Assembly: GCA_964057225.1 (NCBI GenBank)
Contig: OZ059897.1
Coordinates: 6,448,001-6,512,000, forward strand
Origin: Auanema rhodensis
Lineage: Eukaryota > Animalia > Nematoda
DNA length: 64,000 nucleotides
Direction: 5' to 3'
The position numbers and the translations under genes were made by a program. The notes below the pieces were generated by a model that was not told where the DNA came from, searched no databases, and saw only the letters and a list, made by a program, of their open reading frames with translations. Positions 13,558-24,841 of this stretch are shown here, one piece after another. The first letter of the stretch is position 1. The number at the start of each line of letters is the position of its first letter.

Positions 13558-16340
13558 ATGGGTGAGTTTTTTTTTCTATATTTTTCTTTTTATTTTTATA
13601 ATGTTTAGCTTATAATGGCAGTTTTGCTAATGGTGCTACAAATCCAACTGCTGTAGCATCTGCCGAAAATACTTATGCTGATCCAAATGTATGCTTTTTT
13701 CTTATTTAGTATGTTACTTTTATAATAATTTAGCAACAGCAAGAATATGAAGCAGCTTGGGCGCAGTATTATGCTCAAATGGGAAAAGCCGATCCAAATG
13801 CTGCTGCAGTAGCTGCCGCAACAGGAGCTGATGTTCTTATAACTTAAAATATTTTAATTATTATATTAATTTTTAGTATGCGGGTTATTACGCCGAAGGA
13901 AGCGCTCCAACTCAAGAGTCCTATGCAGCTGCTGAATACGCCGCTAAGCCAGCATATGAAGAAGGAGGATACAACGCTAACTATGCTGGTAGTTATTTAA
14001 TTAATTTTTTTTAAAATGAGTTTGCATTTTTAGCTCGTGGAGCCCCTCGTGGTGCTCATCGCGGTGGTGAGCGTGGTGGTCGTGGTGGTCGTGGAGGATT
14101 TGGGGGTGAGCGTGGCGGATTCGGTTTTAGTAGCGGACGCGGAGGCTTTGGTGGTGATCGCAGCGCAGCTGTTGGTGATCGTGGCTTCTCAGAAGGTAGT
14201 CGCGGAGGATTCGGCTCTGATGGAGGACGTGGTGGACCATACGGAGAACGCGCACCATACGGAGATCGTGATAGAGGCTACGGGGACCGTGGAGGAGATC
14301 GTGGAGACCGTGGAGATCGCGGAGGTTTTGGAGACCGTGACCGCGGGGGCGATCGTGAACGCGGAGGCGATAGAGACAGAGGTGATAGAGGCGATCGCTC
14401 TGGAAGAGGCCGTGATTTCGGCGGAAGAGGAGGTTCTCGTAAGTTTACATCTTAATAATTGATAATTAATCTTATAATGAAGGTGGCAGTTACGGAGGTC
14501 GTGACGGCGGTTTTGGCCGTGACGGTGGTTTTGGCGGTAGAGACGGTGGTCGCGGGAGCCGTTGGGATGAGGGAAGTCGCGGCGGACGAGGAGGCGGATT
14601 CTCTGGAGGGTACGTAGCTTATTTTAATTTCTTCAAAAATATCGCAATTGTCAAACGTGCTTATGTATGAACACGTTAAAAATAGTTCTAGATAATAGTT
14701 AAGAGTCAGAAGTTGCGTTGTCGCCTTTTGGTGGCTTTTTAAATTTGTAAGCTAACGATTTCGAAAAATCACGTAGGGAAGAAGTAAGTTTGTGATCGAG
14801 TATACCAGTTACTATCAAAAATTGATGAAAAAATATAAAGTCATATGTGAAAATATTGTTATGAAAATTTGGAAATTTTTTGTTAGTAACCAGTTTTCTG
14901 CGATATATTTCTAATGCCTTCGGGCAAAGGTTTAAAATATGCTTCAGCCTTCAAGATTCGACATCCATTTCTCTCATTTATAACAACCAAGTGTTCATGT
15001 ACAAACCAAGACGATTCTGCACAGCCTCAATAACTATGCTCCTTCTCCTCCCTATTTAAGCACATTACTGTATTTATTGTGTCCTTAAAAATATACATAT
15101 ACATATAAGCAAGAAAACTTAAATTTAGTGGAGAAGGAGATAGTCATTGATCTGTCTGGTGCACCTATGTACCAATCAGATCTCATGGCTTATTTATTTC
15201 AGACCGGGCGGCGGCCCCGGTGGAAGAGGAGGTTTCCAAGGTATTTATAAGTATACCGTGTATCGTGTTAATTATAATTAGTAAAAACAAAAGTTGAAAA
15301 GGTTCTGTGTTCTTAGCAAGAGTACGGGTCAAACCCCAGCGTTCAAAAAAATTTTGGAATTTATTCGCGCAGCGTTAAATCAAAACATGAGGGTTTCATT
15401 TATTATCTAATCTATATTGGTTGCAGACAGGGGCTCTTATGGCAGCAGTGCTCCTCGTGGTGGTCCTGGTGGCGCTGGAGCTGGTGATGATCGTGTTGAA
15501 CTCAAGGAAACTGTTTTTGTTCAAGGAGTACCAACAACGTAAGGCATTTGTGTATCACGGTTTTGAGTTTCCCTTGCTTTTCAGAGCCAATGAAACATAC
15601 ATTGCTGATGTATTCTGCACTGTTGGAGAAATAGCCAAGAATGATAGAACCGGAGAACCCCGAATTAAAATTTACACTGACAGGGGAAGCGGTGAACCAA
15701 AGGTAATTTGCCAGAATTTTTACAAACGTATACCAACTTAATACAGGGAGAATGTATGATTACTTTTGCTTCTGCTGAAATTGCTCAACAATGTATTCAA
15801 ATGTACAATGGACAGTCGTTCCCCGGGGGTGACAAGCCAATGACTATTAGTATCGCTAAGTTCAAATCACAAGATTCTCGTGGTGGTGATAGAGGTGGTT
15901 TCGGAGGCCGTGGTGGTGGCGGACGTGGTGGTGGACGAGGCGGTCGATTTGGTATGTTTTTTTGAAAACAAATATCGTTTATTTACAAAATAAATTTTCT
16001 AGATGATGGCGGATTTGGTGGACGCGGAAGAGGAGGCGGATTCCGCGGTGGAGATCGTGGAGACCGAGGTGGATTTGGAGGACGTGGAGGCGGCAGAGGC
16101 GCAGCTGGTTCCAACTATGAACAACGTTCCAATGATTGGGGTTGCGGAGAATGTGGAAATAATAACTTTGCCTTCAGACAGGTAAAGACAATTGTTTATA
16201 CAATAAAGTTATACGGTATTCAGGCTTGCAACCAATGTAATGCTCCTAGACCAGCTGGTGGAGGTGGAGGCGGTGGAAGTTCTGGCCCAATGAGAAGTGA
16301 AGGTGGCTCAAGTGGCGGAGACCGACACAGACCTTATTAA
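13558..16340 (+). CDS. fust-1: FET-family RNA-binding protein (FUS/EWSR1/TAF15 orthologue), about 12 exons
   Basis: ATG-G micro first exon; Y/A/Q-rich low-complexity N-terminus; long RGG tracts; RRM (ETVFVQGVP...[22 protein letters not shown]); RanBP2 zinc finger ([25 protein letters not shown]); C-terminal PY-NLS (DRHRPY*). Confidence 0.96.
15203..15240 (+). other. fust-1: 38-nt cassette exon of fust-1 (frameshift when skipped)
   Basis: tttcag|ACCGGGCGGCGGCCCCGGTGGAAGAGGAGGTTTCCAAG|gtattt. Needed to keep the frame between the exon ending at 14609 and the exon starting at 15427; flanked by the two longest introns of the gene. Confidence 0.85.
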
Positions 16341-17057
16341 GACTTGTATATGTGAAATCTTGTTATGTTACCCACTCACTCCATATTTCGCTTTAGTCGG
16401 AATGGTTCCAACTATTTATTTGCCAGATTAATAATAGCTGTAGAATTGAATCCACGATGTTGTTTCTAACTTTTACAACTTCGAAATAATTCATCCCACT
16501 GTCTATTTTTTTTTGTTTATAATGGTGTATTTTATGTATACTTTCCATGAAAGTTTGACTTAATTCCAGTTTTCTAACCGTGGATTATGTGTGGCCCCCA
16601 AAAATAAAATATAAACTGATAAGACTTTTATAATAGATATGAGTGCTGTTCATGGCAATACCTTATTGCTAACAATAGCCTTGTTTGGTCCAATCTGGCT
16701 TTTGGACATATATCTTCTTTATTATTTAAAGGTATGACTTTGTGTAATAGTTATGTTCTATAATAGTTATGTTCTGCAATTTATTCAAAAATTTGTAAGC
16801 TGATGTCAGCGGCTTTGGGCCCATTCTTTTCGGGTGGTCGATGTAGTAGAGTTGCAACTTGATTCAAGTTCGATGTAGGCGTGCCAAACGATGATTAAAG
16901 GGGGGGGGGGGTGTTTGTTGTGAATTGTTTGGTTTAATGGTAGTTGTTGTCTCTGGTATCAAGGTACTCCTATGACCTACGTCTCTCTTTCTCTCATCTA
17001 AAACGCTTCTGAATAACAACAGTTTCTATTGGAAAACCGTTCGTATATGATTCAATC

Positions 17058-18212
17058 ATGGCTGCGGTCGCTCCAGAATTTCGTATTGGCTCTGTTGAAC
17101 GAGATGAGAAGTCAGAAAGCTCGAAATCAGATTCGCTTTGGACAGTTGTCTGGTTAAGCTGTTGTGTATTCGGCATCACTTTACTAATGAATTCTTATCT
17201 AATTTACTATATAAAAGTAAGTTTTTCCGTGTACAAGTTTGTTATTATTAACATTTCATGATCAGGTTGTATGTATATTATAGTTCTAATGATAACAAAT
17301 GTGCTTTCTTCTGCCGTTTTCATGTAATATATGTTATATAATAGCTTTTGTGTGTGTTTTTATCTTTTATCTTAAATGTGGGAAATGTCTTGAAAACGGT
17401 GTACTATATCATTGTTATCAGCTCTGAAGTCAGAAAGATCAATTATTTATCCTCCTATTTGCACTCTTATTTTTTCTTTTTTAGGTTTTTCTAGAGAAAT
17501 ATCATTTGGATCCTGGTTATCTTAATCAAATACAGTTTCTTTTTCTATTCTGGAATGCTATCAATGACCCGATTCTCGGTTTTATACAAGTAACAACTAT
17601 TCTATCATTAAAAATCAAAAATGAACGGAAAACTAATTATAGGACTTAGGACTATGTGGCATAAATTGGATCAAAGACAGAAGAAAAGTAGTATTATATG
17701 CTGGACCCGTATTCTCTGCCACTTTCCTTTTGTTTTGGTTTCCGTGGTCCATGTGAGTTTGGAAGGCAGGAAAATTGTTCTTTCCTCTTTTCATATCGTC
17801 ATGCTTGGTGATGTTTCTTTCTTTATAGTGACAATGGATTAGTGACTGCACTTCAACTAATAGTTTCACTTTTTCTTTTTGATACCTTACTGACTCTCGT
17901 CCTATCTGCTTATTGCGGTCTTTGTGTAGAAAAATGTCAAAAACATAAAGACAGAGTTCGAATTATTGTTTATGGAGAATTAGTAGGAGTATTCGGTAAG
18001 ACTGAAAAATTATTTGAGAACCGCTTATTTAGAAATTGTATAAAAATAAGTTTTGAAATGTTGGTCAGGAAAAAAGTTACAAAAACATCATTCCGGTTTC
18101 GAAGATCTTTGAGAAAAAAGGAGACAGAGATATCTTTATATGTAAAAGTACATTTTGAGAAATAGATAAAGAAGAGAACAGAAAGAAACTTAAAAAAAAC
18201 AAAGAGTAAAAG

Positions 18213-18252
<40 letters not shown>

Positions 18253-19951
18253 GAGAAAAGAGGGAGGAATGAACAAATTAGTCTTCTATCTGAGAATATG
18301 CCAAAGTGATATATTTGCTGTAATCGATTCACCTTCTGAATCGTTTAATCCATGTGTCAACCTTTGTTAAGTTGTCTGATTATGGTCAGGATTATAATGG
18401 TGACAGAATTGGCAAAATATCCCAATTATAATATAAATAAGTACAGAATAAGTGAAAGAACAGTATAATGAATATTTCAGCGGGTTTCTTAATAATGCCG
18501 ATGGAATCCCTTACTGATAATCTACAACGTTATAATATTTTCCAAATTTTCACAGTTGGAATATCACTTGTATCTGCTGCTTGTTTAATATTCTGTGGAT
18601 TATTTTTGAAAGACGTTCCACCGTCTGCCGATGAAATTAAACAACTTGAAGTTTGGTCACAAATCTCGAACATCAATAAGTTTTCCAATTCAAAATAGGC
18701 TGCTGAACAGGCTACAAGCAGTTGGAGTTCTGTTCTCAAAATATCTTGGCAGATTGTTAAAGAATTTCGATTCATTGCACTAGTAGGATCTCAGTTTTTT
18801 AAAATTTTGAGGTTTTCAACTCATTTGGATGTTATCAGATCATGATGTTTTTTAAGATTTATGGGAAATGAGCAATTTCTTATTATCTTTGTTGAAGCTC
18901 TTCTAACAGATCATGGATTTTTAGAAAGAGGAAGCAATATTCTAGGATTATATTACGTTGTTGCTCGTTCATTAGGAAATGTTTGTTAACAAATCTTAAG
19001 TATTTTGCAGAAAATAAGTTGCAGATTCTATTCTTACTTCTTTGGATTCCTGTAAATAAACTGGGTTGTCAATGGGTCATACAAGGATTGAATGTTGTAA
19101 CCCTGATCAACTGCTATGTAGCCTATATGGCCGGTTCAACTAACTATTGGATCATAGCTATTTTCATAATTATTGAAAAGTTAGTGGTCAACTCTTTTAT
19201 TTTAGAAATGTATAGCTCCAATGTTTGAAGCTTCTAAGAATACCGAAACTTTTATTTCTATTCTTGTTGTAGCTTGCTAATTTGCAGCTAAGAAGTTTAT
19301 AGTTTGTATGATTGTTTCCATATACTTTGATACTTGAAATATATAAAAACATCACAACTTTAAGTTTTTCAGCTCATTGTCACGATGTGGTTGGCAAGGA
19401 TTCTATATGATCATCTCTGGAGAAGTTATAGATTCTGACAGGAAAATTAATAAAAGATCGTAAGAGGTTTACCAATACATCATCAAGTATCATTTACCTA
19501 ACTAGATCACCCTTGTCTACGATCATATTCACGATGAAGGCTCTCTTCACAAAACCTGCCGACCAACTGGCGCCAGTAATTATTCTAGCTTTCCTTCAAA
19601 CTAGCTTCTATAATGAATTCAAACCGTTATGCTGGCCTTCATCTGAGATTACAGATTTAGCAACCAATACCACCATGTCTGTGACAACCTTGTCTCCTGT
19701 AGATTTGTAAGTTTATTTCTTTGTCGTCCGTAAATTTTCATTTTTAATTTTCTCCAATGCTTAGGGATCTCAGATGTACATCCATCAAGACTACTACTTT
19801 CCAAGCGCTGATCTTCTTCCCAGTTATTTGTGCTGTTGGAGAATCTTTATTCATTATGCTTGATCAGTACATTGTTCATAGAACTAAGAAAGCTGAGGAC
19901 AACGAAGATAATGTAGAAATGGATGCTTTAGAAGCATTGAATAAAGATTGA
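17058..19951 (+). CDS. MFS transporter, MFSD13A/TMEM180-like, multi-exon
   Basis: Spliced exons give many TM helices and the motifs FLFLFWNAINDPILGFIQ, YAGPVFSATFLLFWFPW, LFLFDTLLTLV and ALFTKPADQLAP, which resemble TMEM180/MFSD13A. Confidence 0.85.
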
Positions 19952-20048
19952 ACTTGGCATAAATCTATCTTAACAATAAAGAAAAGTATTTAGATGAAAT
20001 TAATGTTTAATTAAGTATTAGGGTAAAGTTCTTAGTAACGTAATCGCA

Positions 20049-20121
20049 GCCCGGTTAGCTCAGTCGGTAGAGCACCAGACTCTTAATCTGGCTGTCGCGG
20101 GTTCGAGCCCCGCATCGGGCT
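20049..20121 (+). tRNA. tRNA-Lys(CTT)
   Basis: GCCCGGTTAGCTCAGTCGGTAGAGCACCAGACTCTTAATCTGG...GGTTCGAGCCCCGCATCGGGCT; cloverleaf, A and B boxes, downstream T-run terminator. Confidence 0.97.
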
Positions 20122-20316
20122 TCACATTTTTTCTTTTATTTCTGAATATTTGTATTAGGAAATAGGATTATGATATAAGGAACAGAAAGAATAAAAACAA
20201 AAATGTTTTGTTTTTACTTACTTTTATTTTTGAAATTTTATGAGAATACATAGATATAATAAATATTATTAAACATTATAATAACAATATTCAAAAAGAA
20301 CATAGGACTTTAATGT

Positions 20317-21847
20317 TTAAGATAGCGCATGTACTTTCTGATGATTAATTTTAAATATTTTCTGAAAAATGATGTAAATGATAAGATCGAAAAAGAAAAT
20401 TGTATATTAAAAAATTAAAAAAACAGACCTCTAATCGTAATAACTTTCCTATTCCATTACGTATGGTTGGATTCATAGTTAGATATACAATAGCTGGAGC
20501 TCCATGTCCGTTTTGATGACTGATTTGTCCGAATATAATTAAAGCTGGATGTACTTCTATAAACTGCATAACAATATAGATAACTGATCCTATACTATTT
20601 ACAATACAAATTACAGTTGTTTGTACGAAAATCTATGATGATCATAGGTATATGATACTGATTAAGTGGCACAAACCATACGATGTACATGTCGCTTTGA
20701 AAACTTTTCCGACATCTCATGATAACGGCGTCTGAGAACAATACAAAATATGCTGTACATTATTGAATTTAAAGTGATAATGCTTGCATTATTAGCTAAT
20801 AAAGTATGATTAGTATACTATAATATATAAAATTAAAGAAATTAAAAATAAATAAAAACATTGTAGCGATCATCCGGAAATATGGACGGATTAAAGAACC
20901 AAGCACCATAACGAGATGAGAATACGGGTGGCATTGAATATATAGTTGAATACATTCCGTAAATAAAACAAAGAAATAACAGAAAATGAGTACGGTAACC
21001 ATCAAATATACATTTTGTTAAATTAATTCTAAGAAGAAGATTATTAACTATAATCTTAAGTGAAAATTATAACTTAAACTCAATTATATCAAATATTCGG
21101 TTGATGACAAGCAAAAGACATACAATGCTGGACATGCACCACATTCCTTCAACATTCATATTCATATTTTCATGTTTTTATGGAATATTTTTAGCACTCT
21201 TCTATGTAGTTTTGTTTCAAAATTTAGCAAATTTTTTTGTATCTATCATAATACGACAATTTTTCTCTTTTTTAATCTAAACCTTTTACGAATATAATAT
21301 AAAAAACCTAGTCCTAAGCTTCCACATATATATATGAAATTCGGATAAGAGCAGAATACAGCTCCTTTGATCAACATAACTCCTGAAAATGAGAACTGTT
21401 TAGTTAAATCTTTTCTCTCTTTCTTTGTAAATTTTACCAGTTACGATTGAGCTCACAAAAACTCCCACCATATCTATTAATCCGAGGAAAAACATAATTT
21501 TGAAGCAAGAACATGCCCAAAATTCACTTGTCCTAATAGCATACAGAGACAAAACATAAATTATCTATAATGTTATAAAGAATCTTTTTTAAATGATTCA
21601 TTTTCATTCAGCTTATCATAACAGTTGAAATTTAAAAAAAAACCTCGACAATCACTCCAAATATAATGCACATCATACCCCAAGCTGAATGCTTCACGCC
21701 ATCTCGTTCAGTCCATTCATCAGAAGTTAAGCCACTATAATTCAGAAAAAAGCAATACAAAAGACTTTTTCAAATCAAAAAAAATTCAAACCTGCATCTA
21801 TATCTTTCTATATTCTGTGTTCCTCCATATATTATGAATTCTTCCAT
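20317..21847 (-). CDS. Serpentine chemoreceptor GPCR, Srt family, multi-exon
   Basis: N-terminus MEEFIIYGGTQNIERYRCS and TM7 PALIIFGQISHQNGHGAPAIVYLTMNPTIR fit the Srt pattern; last exon KIFKINHQKVHALS*. Internal exon boundaries were only partly verified. Confidence 0.85.
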
Positions 21848-21979
21848 TATATTTTAACTTCACAAAGAAATATGAAGTATAGCTGAATATAATTAATTCA
21901 AAGAACAAATATATGAGAAAAAAATTAGTTTCTGGCGATTTCTAGCTTGCAAACGGATGATGTTGCAGATCGGAACTAA

Positions 21980-22054
21980 AAAGTTCACGTGAGCAAGCAA
22001 GACAATACGTGAAAGTTCACGTGAGCAAGCAATACATTACAAGAAAGTTCACGT
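21980..22054. repeat. Three-copy 32-bp-period direct repeat carrying E-boxes
   Basis: AAAGTTCACGTGAGCAAGCAA at 21980 and 22012, partial AAAGTTCACGT at 22044. Confidence 0.85.
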
Positions 22055-22291
22055 AAGAGACGTATGTATCTGCTAAAAATCTAAGATGAAACCCATGATT
22101 TGAGCTTGAAAATAAAATAAAAATATATATAGATGTATACATATATGCGCGTATATGTATATTAACTATATTTATATATATATAGTTGATAACTATCCAT
22201 ATATGAATCGCTTTTCATATATGTACGAAAGCCAAGAGTACAAACAGTGAAGTATATGAAGTCGTGGAGATATTAATACAATTACCTTGTT

Positions 22292-24841
22292 TCAATGAAG
22301 TGTGATGTAATTAATATTCTGAGAATCATTTGTTGTTCGTAATTTCCCATCGTTCCAGACACGAAGGAATTTTCGATTCATTAACTAAGAGTTTATAGTC
22401 AAGATTTTATGGAAATATATGTTACTTGACAGTTCAATACGTACAACATTCTTAAAACTAAAAGTAAAATGTATATATAACAAGCAAAAACTTATATATA
22501 TATATATGCAACTATAAAGAAATGGATATACGACAGATCATAAAGAAGAAAACATTAAAATATGTTCAAAAATTACAGTTTATAAACTTTATATATGGAT
22601 AAACCTTTGAAAAGTTCATCGTTTTTCACTTGTAATAAAAAATCTTTAAAAGATATTATTTCGTCAAGAGCAGGCTGTTCGGTATGAAGAGCTGGAGGTC
22701 GTGTAATAGGATTTATCGGCAAGATCAGCTGAATACAAAAGAAAAATGATACTAAAACTCAGAGATGGAAGAAGCTTACCGATTGGAAAGCAATTCGCAT
22801 CAGAGATTTCGGCAACTTTATAATTATATCATCCGAACGTCTAACTAACTCTAGAGAATTGGATTCTTCTAGCAAAATATTCTGAGAAATAACAGGCTAA
22901 AGGATTAAGTTTCGAAAAAGTTACCGGATAAGAGGCTTTCTTGTACGCATTAACGATATCATCCAATTCGGCTAGTAAATCTTGTTCAAACTGAGTGCAT
23001 AGGAATGATAATGTTGTTATATACGATATAGTTACCTCTTCATCCCTAGCTTTATATAATCCACGAGTTGGATATGGCTGTAGCATATGACGAACTCCCC
23101 TGAATTCTGGCATCTCATCAACCTGATAAACATATAACAATGATTGTTTCCTATTTAATCCATTAATCAACTAATTCATTATCTGATGTCGTGTTATCAT
23201 CTGAAAGTCTGCTTAATGATTCGAAAGATGGATATTGTTTGGAAAAATGTTTGTGTATTCTTCGAATAACAGGTAAAATATCCTTGCTTAGTGGCTAAAT
23301 TAAATTTTTTTTTAAAACAAAGCAATCTCAAGTATTACTTGGAAATTAATATGCGGAGCATCATCTTTTAGCATAGCTCTTAGAACGAATTCAGAGCATG
23401 CTGCTACAGAATCTAAGAAATAGCCTCCTTCCAAGATGAACGCAGTTGGAATTCCCATGTTCAAAAGAATGTTGGCCATTGTTCCGAAGCCACCTGGAGT
23501 AACAGCCATTTCTCCTTCGGGATCGCCTTTAAAAAGAATATTTCAATATCCAAAACTAACTAAATCTGAACCAAAAGCAGCATCGAATCCACAGCTGACA
23601 ATAATAACATCAGGTTGATAGTCTTGAATCATAGGAACAACAACTAATTGCATTATAGCAATGAAATCACTATCAGTCATTCCTGTTTTGTTTAAAGGAA
23701 CATTTACTGTATTTTTAACTGAAACAGTATTTTTTTAAATATATTTTGCCATTTCTCTATATACAATCTGTTTTGATATCGGATTGCTGGAGATTCGGCC
23801 AGAATGTTCCATCTTCGAAACGGTGGATTGACACCAGTCGGATATTTTCGCAATCTTCAATACAATCTTGCGTTCCCTGACCAGCATGAACATCCCAATC
23901 CACAATCAAAACTCTATTAGCTCCATTGTTTAAAATCTGGAAAACTAAGAAGCTTCTTCCAAAAATTGGCTTAAGCCTACATTTTTAGCTGCAATTACAA
24001 CATTATTGAAAATGCAAAAACCACAGCCAGCGTCAGGTGATGCATGGTGACCAGGAGGTCGTATAGAAGCAAATCCAGAAGATCTAAAACATGAAAACAA
24101 CAGTTGTAGCACTTGAGACAGAATAAAGTAACTAGAATCGTGTTTGATATAATCTTGTGCAGAATTGCCCACCACCGAAACGTAGCCCGCGTGGCCTAAT
24201 GGATAAGGCGTCTGACTTCTAATCAGAAGATTGTCGGTTCGATCCCGGCCGTGGGCTTCTACTTTTTGCAATTTTTAAAATTCAAAATCAATGCATTATG
24301 TAAACAATAGAGTTGCAGAACCAATAAACAACGCTCAAAACATGCTGATTTACCTATGGTCGAAGACATTTCTAACTAAATCGATAGCAGCTGCAGCAGC
24401 AATTTTTGCGATATTATAACTGTTATTATTGACATAAATATCTTCATAATTCGCAGAAAAAGCTTCGAGTTCATCCTAAATAAGAAAAAACGGAGAAATA
24501 ACATGAAGAACAGTATTCTAACCCCACTTAATGTTGAACTGTGTTTAATATCTTCAATGTATCTTTTGGTATGAACTAGCTCGAGTTCTTCATGCGAAGC
24601 AATACGAATTGGAAGCCTAGTAACTCTGTCATAGAAATCACAGTCCTTAAAACAAACAAATAAGGACAAAGGGATAGAAAAATCATAAGGTCATAGCTAT
24701 ATGCATTAGAGTTCAAAAAAATATTGCACCAACCTCCATTCTTTGTTTTATAACTTCCAAACGTTGAGGAACTTCAATATGATAATTGGGCCATGGACAA
24801 AAATGATCCTTCATAATATCATCACTAATCCAGAAAACCAT
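22292..24841 (-). CDS. hda-10: Class IIb histone deacetylase, HDAC10-like (one catalytic domain plus divergent C-terminal region)
   Basis: [90 protein letters not shown]; ends ...YITLH*. The symbol is an inference from the single domain and the GDPEG motif. Confidence 0.85.
24185..24257 (+). tRNA. tRNA-Arg(TCT), intronless, nested antisense in an HDAC intron
   Basis: GCCCGCGTGGCCTAATGGATAAGGCGTCTGACTTCTAATCAGAAGATTGTCGGTTCGATCCCGGCCGTGGGCT; anticodon arm TCTGA-CTTCTAA-TCAGA; TTTTT terminator follows. Confidence 0.96.

Noticed and set aside
14037-14462. 141-aa V/E/A-rich ORF
   Set aside because: Off-frame reading of the fust-1 RGG exon.
16340-17058. fust-1 / transporter operon
   Set aside because: About 450 nt separate AATAAA from the ATG, with a promoter-like GC/G-tract block in between; not the typical 100-nt spacing.
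23945-24271. 108-aa ORF spanning the tRNA
   Set aside because: Chimera of antisense tRNA, intron and one real HDAC exon.
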